64,000 nucleotides of DNA from Chrysomallon squamiferum. Lineage: Eukaryota; Animalia; Mollusca. Location of the stretch: contig CM022678.1 of assembly GCA_012295275.1 (NCBI GenBank), forward strand, positions 13,516,001 to 13,580,000. The letters are read 5' to 3'. Numbering within the stretch: position 1 is the stretch's first letter; each line of letters opens with the position of its first letter. Positions 1 to 14,200 of the stretch are shown in pieces. Position numbers and translations under genes: made by a program. The notes beneath the pieces were generated by a model. That model saw only the letters and a list, made by a program, of their open reading frames with translations. It did no database searches and was not told where the DNA came from.

Positions 1-837
1 AAAAGGTAGATGAAGATAAAAATAAAGAGAAAAAAGTAGCTTATAAACATTTTTAACTTTGTTTTCTATTTTCTTTTGTTTTCCCCCTTTATTTTTTTTA
101 TTTATTTATTTAGTTATTACTTTTTTCTCTTTTATGTTTATTGGTGGTCCTCATCCTTATTAGTATCATCATCGTCATAATCTCATCAGTATCCTTAGTA
201 TAGACAGCTGTGGAGACTGATACTGCAACAACCACTGCTATTACAACTACTGCTGCAACTACTGCTACTACAAGTAACACAGCTTTTTCTCTTCTTCTTC
301 TTCTACTGTACTATGCCACCCTATTAGTTCTATATATATCATCATCGTCGTCATAATCGACATCATCGTTATTATTATTATTATTAAAATGCCTGTGTTT
401 AGTAAACGGGTGACCTTTTCACCTAATCACCTTTCGTTTCTATTTATAAATGAAGGGATGGAGTTAAATCTGTAAATTTACCGTTAGGCCGCAGACAGGG
501 ATTTGTTATTTATAGATGATGTATTTGAACTATTAATTTGAATCTGTAAGTAATGAATGTGTCAAAGCATAATTAAGAACTATACTAAATTAGCAACATC
601 TGTTCTCTTACTTTACTTGATCCAGGACTAGATTGGATATTCTGTGTTTTAATAACATAAAATTATTAAAATAGTAATAAGTTAATAATACAAAAAACAC
701 AAAAAATGCCTCCCCAAATTTTTTTTTACAAATACTAACATACACAGACATTAATCCGCAGACATACAACATACAAATACCATGTCGAGAAAGAAGGGTT
801 AAGGATCTTCGACCGTTATTATTATTATTATTATTAC

Positions 838-871
<34 letters not shown>

Positions 872-3089
872 TCTTTAATATCAAAATTTACCTGTGATTA
901 TTATAATATGCACGTTAAAAAAAAAGAAAAGAAAGGAAAAAAAAAGAAAACTAACTAAATAAAAATAGCCATATAGTCGAAAAACAAAAAAATCAAAGTA
1001 ACATCATCATCATCATCATCATATCATAATAAATATTTAACAAAGTTACGTTATCTGTGGATTACAATTATCTCGGCTGTAATTTGTTTCTTATTGATAT
1101 ATTAAAATGTTTCATTGCCCTGCTTTTTTTTACGTACATTGCGTACATTATGTTTTGTCAAGAAAGTTTTTATTGTATTAACTTTATAGTATATAATGTC
1201 GATTAGCGCTATAACAATGTTTTCGGTTATTTGTCGAAAGCAATTTATTCTATTAATTAACTCTTTATGTAACTTTAAATGTGTTCTTGTACTATACATG
1301 CAGAGATAAACATGAATGTTTGTGTTGTTTGTAGATTAAGCGCACATAATGCAGATATTATATATTACAACTGAGCGAGCAAATTTATTTGATGATAACG
1401 GTTGTCTCTAACATATTTAACATTAGCAATTTTGTTTTAGATACAATTATTTCTCAGACACCTTTACACTGTATGTGTCAGTGCAGAACATGAAATTATT
1501 GCAACAAAAATCTAACACAATTTAATACAGTTTTAGACAAACCATCTGCACTTTTATTTTAGCCGCATAGTTGTATATACAAATATATCTTCTGGCTCCT
1601 CTTTTTAAACGCCATGGAACTGAAAATTATACGGTTAAAATAAAACATGTGACAGAGATATATGAGTGCGCGTGTGATTGTGTGTGAGTGTGCGCGCGCT
1701 CTCACACAATACTGTGGAAGTGATTTTCTTAGAAGACATAAGCGACATTTTCTATTTTTTGCTTTATAAGGAAATCCAAGTTACGGTATTTATTCTTCAT
1801 TATCAACTGGAGACAGAAACAACTATTTGGCAAAATCTTAATTTTTTCGTTACTAAATACATTTTCACCAAAAAGGAAACTATGTCGGTGATTACTGCAA
1901 TCTTTCCGTCTATCTTGTCACTTCTGTTTGTGAGTATCTTACTGCTTGAATACTGGTTTTCACATTTCACTACTTGTGGCCGCTTTTGTCTCTTGATGTG
2001 GCGCTTGAAATGTTTTATCGTCGATAAAAGCTGTTAATTAAAAACAGCTGCAGTAAACATGGACATCGGTCGAATGATGCCCTGGATGATTCTGTTCCTA
2101 ACATTTTTTTAAATTTTATTTTCGCTGTAATTATAGTAATTTATTTCATATCACCTATTAAATAGGTTCAAATTCTTGAAAGAAATTTTTCAGAGAATAG
2201 AGAAGATTTTTCCGAAAACATTTTTTCGTTACAAAGGAGAATCGGTGACATTTTGGTGTTGTTATGGGCTGGCATCCACTAGAGAATCGCAGAATATAAT
2301 GTGAATGTAACTATTGTCGATGTCATCAGCCGTCATCTAATATGGTATGACCTCATGGAACAATAAAAATGTTATAGACACAAAATTTTATTGCGTGTTT
2401 TCTCTTACTGGTTTTATTAATAGTGTGTGTTCGGCCTGAAAATTATGTGATCCGTAATTTTCTGTTATCTCCATATCTTATAATTCTATCCGACCTTATA
2501 TGTAAGCAAAATTTTTTTTTTTTTTTTTTTTTTTTTTGTCTTCTTTTTTATTTCCTAACAAATTTATTAAAATAGCATGGACCAATGATTTTTAAAGAAT
2601 TACATTAGGAAACTCACTGTTTGCTTACGTAATAGCTACAAGTTTTAGAAGATGAATACTTTTTGTATTAACGAAAAAGAGTGAAACATTTTTAACCATT
2701 TTTTTTATACGGCCGGTTGAACTAAATATCGACACTTCCATTGCCTTAAGCTAAACATGATTATAACTATTGAGGATATCATCAGACGTCTCATAAAGTG
2801 GTATGGTGTCACTGAACAACATAACTGTTTGATACAAAATTTAATTAAAGGTTGAAGGTTTTCTTTTACTTTGTATTGCTTCTTGGATTAATGATGTGTA
2901 TTTGGTCTAAATATTCTGTTATCTTCACCTCTTATAATTCTATCTGACGTTATCATGTAAGAAAAAAAAATTTTTGTTTGTTTTTTCCTTCTTTTTTATT
3001 TCCAAAAACCTATTACACCACAAGAACAATAAAAATAAAGAAAGAAATATATATAAAGAAATAAAAAATAATAATAATAAAAAAAAAAG

Positions 3090-3120
<31 letters not shown>

Positions 3121-6100
3121 AATAATAAAAAATGAATGAAAGACGAAAAAGGACGAAGAAAAAAAATAGTAATACTGAGCTCCGCTATTATGTCATGAGA
3201 TAAACGCATAATTTTAAATTGGATAGTTTTTCTTTTAATATGTGTGTGTGTGTGTGTGGGGGGGGTTGCTTTTCGTTATGGCTGACTGTACACTGCAGGT
3301 ACCGGACCAATTATCCAGACTCCTTGGGGCCTCAAGCATTCCGGATTTCTGGATTTTCCAGTTTTCTGGTACCAAGGCATCTAAACACATAAACATTTGA
3401 AAATTAAAAAAATAAAGAAAATTGACGATACACAACTGTGGCGACTCGACATGTAAAACAACATGGCGAGTGAATGAACGCCACGAGGCTTAAAAGAGTA
3501 GTTCTGGTCTGGCGAGGACAACAACAGCGCGCGCGAACTATGAAAATAGCGTCGGGAAAAAACTTCAGGTTTTTCTGGTCTCTCCGGGTTTCAGGACGCC
3601 GGGTAATTGGTAACAAATTTATCTTTCCGTATGTTTTATTTTTGTCGCAGATGTTTTACCCCCATGGAGTAGTTTTAAAAGAGCTGGTACTTAGTAGTTA
3701 AAAGGAAGAAGGAAAAAGCCAACACGAGAGCTCAGTCAGGCGGGGACTTATGTTTTTGAATGTTATTGTCTTTACGGAAGAATATGGCAACCATTATGTG
3801 TTCTTACTTTGATAGAGTATAATGTGCAATTAACTTGTGACACTAACAATTAATATACATACATTTTTATTTGTTTAATCTGTCGTATTACCTTACTCGT
3901 ATCATTAATCAAAGGTATTTTAAATCGTATGTTTTATCGATTGTATAATGTATTCACTTTTGTACCATAATTAAATGATCAACTTGCACCTTAACTTGTG
4001 TTGTGTTTATTTTTCTAATGGATGGATAGAATTATTGATTTATATAGATTGCTGTCGATTCCTTGTCAAAAGCACTTTTTTAACCTAAAACATGAAAAAA
4101 TGTTTTAAGGCGTGGGCCCCGTGACATTTATCTCTGTATATATTTTACACTTTGTGTCAAAATAACAACTCTACACATTATACATATACAGTCGAGTATG
4201 CAGTAACAAACACTGTAACGAATTACGAACGGTTTTCTGTAAAAAAATGAAAAAAAAAATGCAAAGAACGCTGTTAAGGGCAGATAATGTTATTTTTGGA
4301 CTATTAGTGTCTTTTTAAAAACAGTAATTAATATTATTATTTTATTACAAGTAGTAATGATATTTTTTATTACAGCGATTTAAACGTATACGTATTATTA
4401 TTATTATTATTATTTACAATATTTCAGGATCTGAGACCGAATACCCCTACTTATATGAATTACAAACGAACACTATAAAACATGAAATAGATTTGTTATC
4501 CCCCTTGTACAATACATCGTTTAACCTATAAACATTACAATAAAATAATAAAAACATATTTAATAATAATAAATAAATAAATAAAATAATAAATTAATTT
4601 AAAAAAAAAGTTAGATAGATAGACAGACTGATTGACTAATATTTAGATAGATATATAGACATAGATATATAGAAAGACAGATACTGTATGCTAATCAGCT
4701 GCGAAAAATTATTATGATTTGTTACTCGCCCAACATACCCACATGTCATTTTGATATCATATCCTGCATAAGCATGTACTATATCAAAAATATGAAAAAG
4801 AAATCAAAAACAAAAACAAAAATGTTTTAAGACAAGATTATATTATGACAATGTTAACAACATATAAAATAATGTAAACAAATACAATTTACACCAAAAA
4901 ATAATAAAAGAAACTTGAATACATAAAACAGTTATTTACATTTATTGAAACGTAAAAGCATAATTAGAGAGAGAGAGAGAGTACACCACAACTTAATTCT
5001 CCATTTTGCTAGAACCTAATTTACCCACAAACCATAGCGGCCAGCCATGCTCGTAGAAACAGAAAAGACAATTAGACAATATTGTGGATCATTAATACTT
5101 GATATGTATTCACAGTGAGCATAAAATTTGAATGCATCATTAACGGTGTATAAAATTCATATTTGAATAATTAGTTAATACTGACGTTTCTGGCGTGACT
5201 CGAAGTAGTGTCACACCAAATACACAACTAAACTGTTTCCTTGACTAATCATCCGGATTATCATCATTTTAAATAATGAAAATAAAATTTTATTTTTAAA
5301 AATGCCTTAATAAAAATATTAACTTTTTATCTATGTTAGTGAGCAACAAAGACACACTGTTATCCTCTATATCGTTCAGTCTTGCACGTTAGTACGATTT
5401 GCTATTTTTAGTTACAGGTTCTTTTTATGGGATATTGCATAAAAATTCAGTTATAAGAAAATGTCGTTTCACTAGAACCTGGTTCCACGATGAAAAATAG
5501 AATACAAAGAAAAACAACAGAAGAAAAGAAAGAAAGTTCACCAGTTTCCGTTTAATACTGTACAGTTTCCATTCGCATTTCTCGTTTTCTTAATTTTGTT
5601 CTGTGCATTACTGCTCCCAGTTTGACACTCTTGCCGAAAATAGAGTTGTCGTTCTTTATGACACTTCCTGTAGTTATAAAAAAGCTAAATAAAATTTATA
5701 AAAATAAAACAACAGCACACAAGGTCAGGTCTTCGCCAAAATTTCACACAATGGCATGTTTAGTAATAGGATTTCACCAGAAATCTTCGCTGAGTGTTTC
5801 ATATCCTTAGAAATACTTTCAAAAGAAGAAGAAAATAAATAAGTATCTAAATAAATAATATGAAGATAAAGGAAATAACATAAAAATGGATTTACCATCG
5901 CATTACAGTTTGAAACAAATAAGATTTTCTTATTTTGTTATGGTGAAACTGTGATGAACTGAAGCAATAAAATATATGTACATCCTTAAATATAAACATA
6001 AAATTTAAAACACCCATGCATAGATATTTGTGATGTGTTTTGTTTATGGCGTTAAACTTAAAAATTCATCTTATAATACTTTTAAAATCATTTCGCCACT

Positions 6101-6498
6101 TAAGTGATATCGATCACAGTATTTTATCAACATTCTTGCTTAAACACATAAATGTATGATGATGATTAATACTGTCAAGAACAATATACCTATTTATATA
6201 TAAAAATATTTTGTTTTGGTTTAATCTGCAGAATGTAGGTATTGTTTCTATTCTTTTACTGCGAATAAAACAGTCCAAGCAGATTTGCTTTTACTTAAGC
6301 AAAAATAATATATACAAAATAAATAACAAAAAGAAAAGAAAAATTAAAATAATAATTATAAAAATAAAAGAAGAAAATAATTATTAAGAAAAAAATAGAA
6401 TATTTAAAACAATAATTATTAAAAATAAACCATAAACGGCGAATTTGCACAAAATTAAAAAACTGTTATTAACAAATCATCCTAATTTATTTTCGTTG

Positions 6499-7059
6499 TC
6501 ATGTTCTTAAATCTTTGTAATATATGTATGAGCTAATAATTGTACCATCAGGCATACATCCACCCATGGGTAACACCCCAACTCGTTCAAAACCTGCGAA
6601 TCGTTCCATTATTTTCAGCATGCCAATATTGTTTGCAAACATATCTACATACATTCCTATAAAACCAAGTTGTTTTGAATATTTTATACACAAACTGAAA
6701 CACAAGTAGCCTATTCCACTTTTGCGGTGGGATTTGGCTACAATTATATAGGGATCCACAACTTTAGTCCCACGAAAGTATTTGCTTTGAACTAGAATAA
6801 AACCAGCCACCATTTCACCGGTGTCTTTTCGCATAACCGAGAAAGCATATCCTTTTTTGATTTCGTATCGAAAATCTTCCTCCGACGGAAATTCATCGAA
6901 GCCGAAACCGTCAGTGTTTTTAGACGCTTCAGCGATCATACGAAACATCTGCGTCATTTGGTCCGCGGACATGACGTCAATTATGAATGCTCTGCCATCC
7001 GATAGTGACTCGGTAACAGGAAGTGGAATTACTAGCTGGTTGGTACTATGTCTTTTCAT
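6499..7059 (-). CDS. GNAT-family N-acetyltransferase (Mpr1/PAT-like appearance); domain lies in a single exon
   Basis: 186-aa ORF with an acetyl-CoA motif A (IIVAKSHRKSGIG) and a motif B region (VDMFANNIGMLKIMERFAGFERVG), ending IYYKDL. A minus-strand acceptor (..ccttcag) lies at 7086 and the frame stays open to it. A candidate 50-nt upstream exon (~7789-7838, AG/GT flanked) is also in frame, so the N-terminus may be longer. Confidence 0.85.
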   Translation of the reverse strand: MKRHSTNQLVIPLPVTESLSDGRAFIIDVMSADQMTQMFRMIAEASKNTDGFGFDEFPSEEDFRYEIKKGYAFSVMRKDTGEMVAGFILVQSKYFRGTKVVDPYIIVAKSHRKSGIGYLCFSLCIKYSKQLGFIGMYVDMFANNIGMLKIMERFAGFERVGVLPMGGCMPDGTIISSYIYYKDLRT

Positions 7060-7522
7060 ACCTCTTCTTGGACTCAGGAAGAGAACTGAAGGTAAGGGTA
7101 GATAAGCAGAATAAAAATAAATATGTATATTTATTGAATTTTAATAGACCCTTAACCGCCTGATATCTGAATTGAACCATATCATAAAAAAAAAAAAATA
7201 ATAATAATAATAATTAAAAATAAAATCAAAAATCAAAAATCAATAAATGCAAAATCAATAAATAAATAATTATAAATTAATGAATTAATTAAAATTATAC
7301 AGAATAAAATAAAACAATAATAGCTTCCACATTGTAAACTTATTTATCAGAATCAATTATTCTGAAACATATTAATCTAATTATTCTGCTCTCTGCGACA
7401 TACTTCAGCTGCATAGTAAAAACTTATATTTAAATAACATGCCAAGCAAAAGACAAAGACAGAAATGGACAAAGATGAGATTATTTATAATATAATATTA
7501 TTATTTGTTTCTTTCTACATTA

Positions 7523-7578
<56 letters not shown>

Positions 7579-9435
7579 AACCAATCCGTCAGCAACAAAA
7601 CAGATAATTTCAAAATAATTAATATATGGAGATACGTCTTTAAAAGCGTGGCATATATGATTACAGCTATCGATAATTAATATTATTTAAAGGAAGAGAT
7701 GTGCGTACATTGTTATTATTACAGTGATATATTAATTAACAATATTTGACAAGTTAAGTTAATGGGGACAAAAGAGCGATATTCTCACCGAGATCCCCAC
7801 CCCACGTTGTATTTATATCATAATAATGAAGTAGCGCACTGTAAGTAAATGAAAGCAGGAAAAACAAAAGTAAATTTTAAGAGTAACCCTTGACCCTTGT
7901 TCCGACGGTTTTTGGGTCAGGCATCATTACAAAACAAACCTTAACAGCTGTGACTTTGCTTTAGGTTGCTGTACACAGATATATTTAAATGAAGCCCCAG
8001 CAAGATAACGTGACCCATACACGAACGCCAACAACAATTTTTAATTACTGCTTATTAAAGAAGTAAAAATAAAGGAGATGCTTTATCGCTTTTGGAGGAT
8101 AAAACTGATGAAAGAAGGAAGGAAGGTTCTTGATCTACTGTTGAGTGAAAAGATATTTTGTTTGACTTACGACATGAGTCCAGACACGATGAACTGGCAC
8201 CAATCGTGATTGTTTATGTTTTCCAGAACTGACAATTAAACGAGTAGTTTACATCTCGGTGACACACGCTAAAAACACTGCCGTCAAGCACTATCCCTTG
8301 CCTATCGATTTTCATTCTATTTATAGATATTAGGTGTTTTCTTGCATGCACTCTCCGTTTGGAGGTTTGTGCCAGCTAGATTAAGTAACAGGCATTAGCT
8401 CATAATAATAATTGATCGGACAGTGTTCTTAAGATAATCTTTTTTAGCTTTATTTTTTTGTTATTTGCTGTTCTGCGTATTCCTTTGTTTTTGTTTTTTT
8501 TAAAATATTATTTCTTTATTATTTGTAAACGATTGCATCATTTGAACAATATCTCTTGACCACCGGAAATAAAATGAAAAGATTTTAATGTCCGGTTTAA
8601 GTATGTCTAAAATGAAGTAAAAATACTGAAATAAATATTAATGAAAAAATGTTTAAAAAATAACAACAAAAACAACAACAATATGTAATTGTTAGAGGGA
8701 TTTTGTTTGTTTATTTTTAGCTATGCGATGTCTTCCACATCACGATAAACGTTATTTGAAAGGAATTAATGAATACATGTACTAATTGAGAACTAATATT
8801 TAATTATGAATATATCCAAAAATGCTGTTTTCTGTTATAGATCCAAAACGACTTGTTATTAATCTTACAAAATGACTTCAAAGCACATTTTGTTATTAAT
8901 CTTTATTAATTTCGATTTTTAAATATAAACTTTTACTGTTTTTCATCTCCTAAATAGCGAGTAATGTCAAAGATTTTAAATATTATCCTCTATGAAACGA
9001 TGCCTATAAACATGGAAAGATGGTATTAAAAGAATATATATACCACGCTAATTAAAATCATATTTGACAATATGGCGGTAATTAATAATAATAATAATAA
9101 TAATATTTATTATGAATAATTATAATAAATAAATAAGTAAAGATAGTTTAAAAAGAAAGAGAAGTACCCTATACAATTCAACAATATTCTGTTTCTGTAT
9201 TTATGAAAATGAGATTTATGTAAAAAGGTGTAAACCACGGATATGTGTGGTAAGTGAAGACCATAATGCATACGTAATAAAGAAGGTTGTGATTATATTC
9301 TAAATAACCTACAGTTTACGCTCATGATAATGTGAAGGGATTATTACAAAATTAAATAATAATAAATAATAAATCAATAGTTACCTGTATAATAAAAATT
9401 AGAAACATTAGTCCTTTGAAAAATGAACGAGTACG

Positions 9436-9481
9436 TGACGTCATCACCTTTGTATATTATTAATAATACTTTCTGACGTCA
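9436..9481. promoter_or_regulatory. Pair of perfect CRE palindromes (TGACGTCA at 9436-9443 and 9474-9481) between the divergent GNAT and DENND3-like genes
   Basis: Two exact 8-mers 38 nt apart in AT-rich intergenic DNA; function is inferred. Confidence 0.4.
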
Positions 9482-10047
9482 CTGTAAAGTACTTATGAAT
9501 ATTAAACGTTTTACCGTGCATAGTATTTCGTATAACTGTATCTGTTGACATGCTTCAGAGATGGTCTATAAACATATGACTCTTTATATTATTTTTCTGC
9601 TTCCTGAAGGTGTTCTTTTTATAATCCCGATATCATAATATTAGAATGAAGAAATAAATTATTCTAAGAAAAATAATTTCACATCCATCATCGAAAGTTA
9701 GAAAAATGTCTTTATTTCTTTCTTTCTTCTTCTTCTTCTTATTATTATTGAAATAAATTTTACACTAAGTTAAAGGATATCTCTACAACGCAGAGTATTT
9801 CGAAATTTCAAATCAGATTTTATATTCTAGCTTATTCTACGGTAATATTTACAAAATGTGGCATCCCGCACGCAGTTACCAGAGGTTAAACATTCACCAT
9901 ATTTAAAATATGCCTTGTATTCATTTACTATTTTTTAATTATAATTAATAAGTAGTAGTAGCTGTAGTAGTAGTAGTAGTAGTAGGCCTAATAATAATGA
10001 TGAATAAAACCAATTTTTAATTTTTTTTTATCAAACAGTAGTAGCAG

Positions 10048-10087
<40 letters not shown>

Positions 10088-10299
10088 CTACGACAACGTT
10101 ATGCATATATGTATTTTCTTTTATTGTACCTTGAAACTTCAACTGATTTGTAAGGATGTAAACTGAATAAACCGTTTCATTCACTTAAATAAATAACCGT
10201 TCATCATAAAATTTACATATCTGAAAGCAGCAAATCATTTATTTATATGAGTTTTTGAACAAGTCCGAGATTTCGTTTTTGGATCCACTATCTGTGACA

Positions 10300-10560
10300 T
10301 ACCTACTATCTCGTGACCGCTGATAAAAACGCCTACTATTCACCTTGTTAGACCTAAGTAGTTGATCGATAATATAGGTGAGTTTTCTTTTCTTTTTATT
10401 TATTAAAAATATAAATTATATAAATACATTGTATAAGTGTCTACATTATCTAATAACGCTAAATGAATAAGATGTGCTAAACAAATATTTTATGAAAGCG
10501 TAAATTCTACTTCCGGGTTTGTTTTTGTTTTTACATCTTTACTTCCTGGTTCGCAGGTCA
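10300..10560 (+). promoter_or_regulatory. Probable promoter and 5' non-coding exon region of the DENND3-like gene
   Basis: CpG-containing stretch with ETS-like cores (ACTTCCGG ~10509, ACTTCCTG ~10541) and donor-like sites (ag|gtgag ~10377, cag|gtc ~10556). An acceptor (tttttaag, 11168) lies just upstream of the ATG at 11217. Confidence 0.35.
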
Positions 10561-10942
10561 ACTAAAATTATTATGTTGTACCAATTTGAAATAATAATTA
10601 TCTCTTGTAGGCAGTCTGTGTAGGTATTATTAACTTTGGAAGCTCACTAGTATGTGACTCCGGAAGATTAGACGTAAAATCATAATAAATAATAATAACA
10701 ACAGTTAACATCAGCAAAATCAGAAGGATCGTATAGCATAAATGACTTACGGAGGGTGGGTATATAAAAAATAAATAAAGTAAGAATATATACCTCTGAT
10801 ACATTCAAGATAATCTCAGGAAATAAATAAATAAATAAATAATTAATTAACAAAACAAAATTATTTAACGACATAATTTAAGATGCATTCTTTTTTTCTT
10901 ATTTATACTATAGATTAACTGCAAAAAAGACAAAAAAAAATA

Positions 10943-10973
<31 letters not shown>

Positions 10974-11216
10974 TAAAGGTAGTTAGTACAAGTAATAAAA
11001 AATAAAAATAAAGAAAGAACTAAATAATTTTGGAATAATAATTATTAATATATTTATTTTATATAAAGTAGAAAACAATGTTAATAATAATTTTAATTTT
11101 AAATTCTTCTTCTTATTGTTATTATTATTACTGTCATCATTTCTACTTTTTTTTTCTTTTTTTTTAAGGCAACAAAATATTAATGACTACTGAAGGATGA
11201 AAACTATTTCTTAATC

Positions 11217-14200
11217 ATGTCATCAAAGCTGACGACAGAAATTTATAATCGTTTTGTGGATTTGATGCTCATTGTTGGTATTGATGAAACAACTGGTTTA
11301 GTCCTGGTTAATGAAGATTCACCAGTATGTCTTACTAAATTTATATTTATTTTTTTCTCTTTATGTATGATTTATTATTTTATTATAAATGCAATAGATG
11401 TGCTATGATATTGTGTGTGTGTGTGTGTGTGTGTGGACATTACTGCGGGCTCTATTCTGGGTGTTAAGATATGATGACTAGATAAGTTTCTATATTTTCT
11501 TGCACAGACTAAAAATTTCAGAGATAACTACTTTTACTTTACTTGTTATTTACATGTGTAATACTACTGTTATTTAAGAATAATTTTGTTCTGATGTGTA
11601 CAACGAAATCAAAACACATGATGTGTGACACCACTGGGCACATTAATATTCTACCTGAGGGTTATTCCAGAGTGCTGAGTGGAGAAATAAAATAATTAAT
11701 TTTTATTTATTTATTTATTTATTGCAGGAGAAAAGAAATAACTGGTTGCTACCTTAAGATACCAGCTTTATCTTTCTGATATCTTAATATAGATATATAT
11801 TTATATATATAGATATATGTATATAAAATATATTATGCATTATATTTGATTCTTGTTTCTGTCGTTCCCTTTTATTCTTCTTCTTGTTACTGTATATCAT
11901 AAATATGATTTGTGTATGTGATTGTGGTTGTGTGTTTGTTGTGTATGTCAGTATTTTTATATAATTTGTGTGTATATGTATGTACGCTTTTGTGTGAGTG
12001 TGTGTGTGTGTGTGCGTGTGCTTATTTCACATCTAATAAAACATTAATTTAGATTTATTCAACCATATGTTCTTTTCTTTTTTCCCCTTTTCAGGTGTAA
12101 ATAGAACAGTGATTCCTGTTTTATATTTTTACAGGAAAGTGTTTCTGATCAGACATTAGACAATTTGGAGAATGCGTTTTACCAGCTTTACAAAGCACCC
12201 GTCTTGGCAGCTGTTTCTGCGACCAAAGCCGTGCGCTTCGACCCTGATCTCCTGGAGGACCCCACCTACCCCCCTCTTTACACAACCAACCTCGATGGCT
12301 CTGGAGAACATGTGCTGCCATCTACATTACAGGAAACAAGACCTCGCTCTCGAAGTTTTAATTCCAGGTCATTATTTATTCTGTTCTTTCTTTCTTAAAG
12401 TTAAATTTTAAACAACTTATATATCCACCACCATCACAACAGTCACCACCACTACTGCAATACTTTGTTACCACAAATGTTACTTTCAGTTATTTTTTGT
12501 CTTTCTCAAAATTAAGTTTTATTTTAGGTTTCATTTGATATATGTTTCTTTTATATGCTACTACAACTACAACAACAACTACTATTACTATTATTAGTAC
12601 TAATACTACTACAACAACAACTACTACTACTATTATAACTACTAATAATACTACAACAACAACTACTACTGCTGTTATTACTACTAATACTACTACTACT
12701 ACTACCAGTTCCTCTGCCACTATTAATATATTCACCATGACCTACTATTTCTATTACTATTTCTAATCCTTCTATTATTAATATTTGTTATTAGTTCTTT
12801 AATAAGTTTTCTATTTATTTATTTGTCAACTACTTTCTTAATTGATTTTGTTACTAATTTAGAATTATTTCTTTCCTCACTCTGTGTTTTGCAGGTGTGA
12901 TGGGAACAGGTGTGTGACTGTGAGTGCGGAGGTGTTGAAACGACACTTGTCAGGAAGTGACAACGTCTCAGTCCCTGAACCACAGCTGCCATTATCAGTC
13001 GAGATGATTCGATCAATCCCATCATTCTGTTTCCCAGGTAACCAGAAACAGTCTAAAAATAAAAGTTAAATGAAAATTAGGCTGGAATTATTAGATATAT
13101 GATTACTGTTACTATAATTTTTATTATTATTATTATTATTATTATAAATTTATTGAAATCATAGTTATGTTATTTTTCTTTTTAAAAAATCCATTTTATT
13201 TATATAATTGAGATCCTGTTTTGAAAAGTCTAAATTATTTTCATTGTATCTGCATATCAGTTTATCTTATCATACATCTTAGAAAAAAGAAAGTCAAAAA
13301 ACATAAAAATGGAAAATACCAGTAATAAATAATAGCAACTGTAGAAAATTAGTATTTAGCAACAGTGTAATAATAATAGTATACTGACATATAGTAATGA
13401 TTATAATATTAATAATAAAAACATAAGTAATAGAATAATACAGTAATAGTAATTGTAACAGAAGTAGTATTGTTAGTAATAGTAATAATAGGAATAGTAG
13501 TAATTAATATTAGTAATCAGCTTAACAAAGAAATAAACAATAAAATTAAAATTGAAAAATAACAAAAACAATTAAAAAATAACACTAATACAAACATAAA
13601 AATAACAAAGGCAAACAAAAACAAATAACATAAGCTACAAATAATAATTAATAACATAAAATACATCAGCAACAAATTTAATATATACAAATAATAAAAT
13701 AATAACAAAAACAAAAAATAAATAATGGTAAAACACAACCAGTGAAAAAAGTAATCAAGAAAAAAAGCCAATAACAAATTGTAAAATAAACAAAATAAAC
13801 AACTAACATTACAGACCACGCCATGGTGTACAGACAGAAGCCGGAAGCGAGCGTTCATTTTCTTGTGTTTACTGATGACTATGCCAGAAAGACATACGCA
13901 ACATGCATCACGTTCTACAAACCATACAAAATTAGTAAGGTATACAGTCTGTTTGCAATTTCTTCTTTTAGGTAGTATTAAGGACATTTTCCCAAGAGGC
14001 CATTTATTGTATTTTTTTTTATTGAAATATGAGGCTCTACAAAATATTTCCTGTATGTTGCTTGAGATGGAACATATCAGCCAAGCAGTCAGCAAAATTG
14101 ATCCTACATTGTACCAGCTGCCATGAAAAAAGAATTAATTAATTAATTAAATTATTATTATTATTTTTTTTTTTACTAAATAAACCATGTTGGCAGACCA

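Noticed and set aside
12490-12766. Poly-Thr and poly-Val ORFs (mucin- or TM-like)
   Set aside because: Translations of intronic (ACT/ACA)n microsatellite; the same applies to ORFs at 7465, 15268, 18487/18662, 23989, 29588, 33968 and 52363-52610.
13517-14095. 192-aa hydrophobic minus-strand ORF
   Set aside because: Antisense to a DENND3 exon plus an A-rich low-complexity intron; no domain features.
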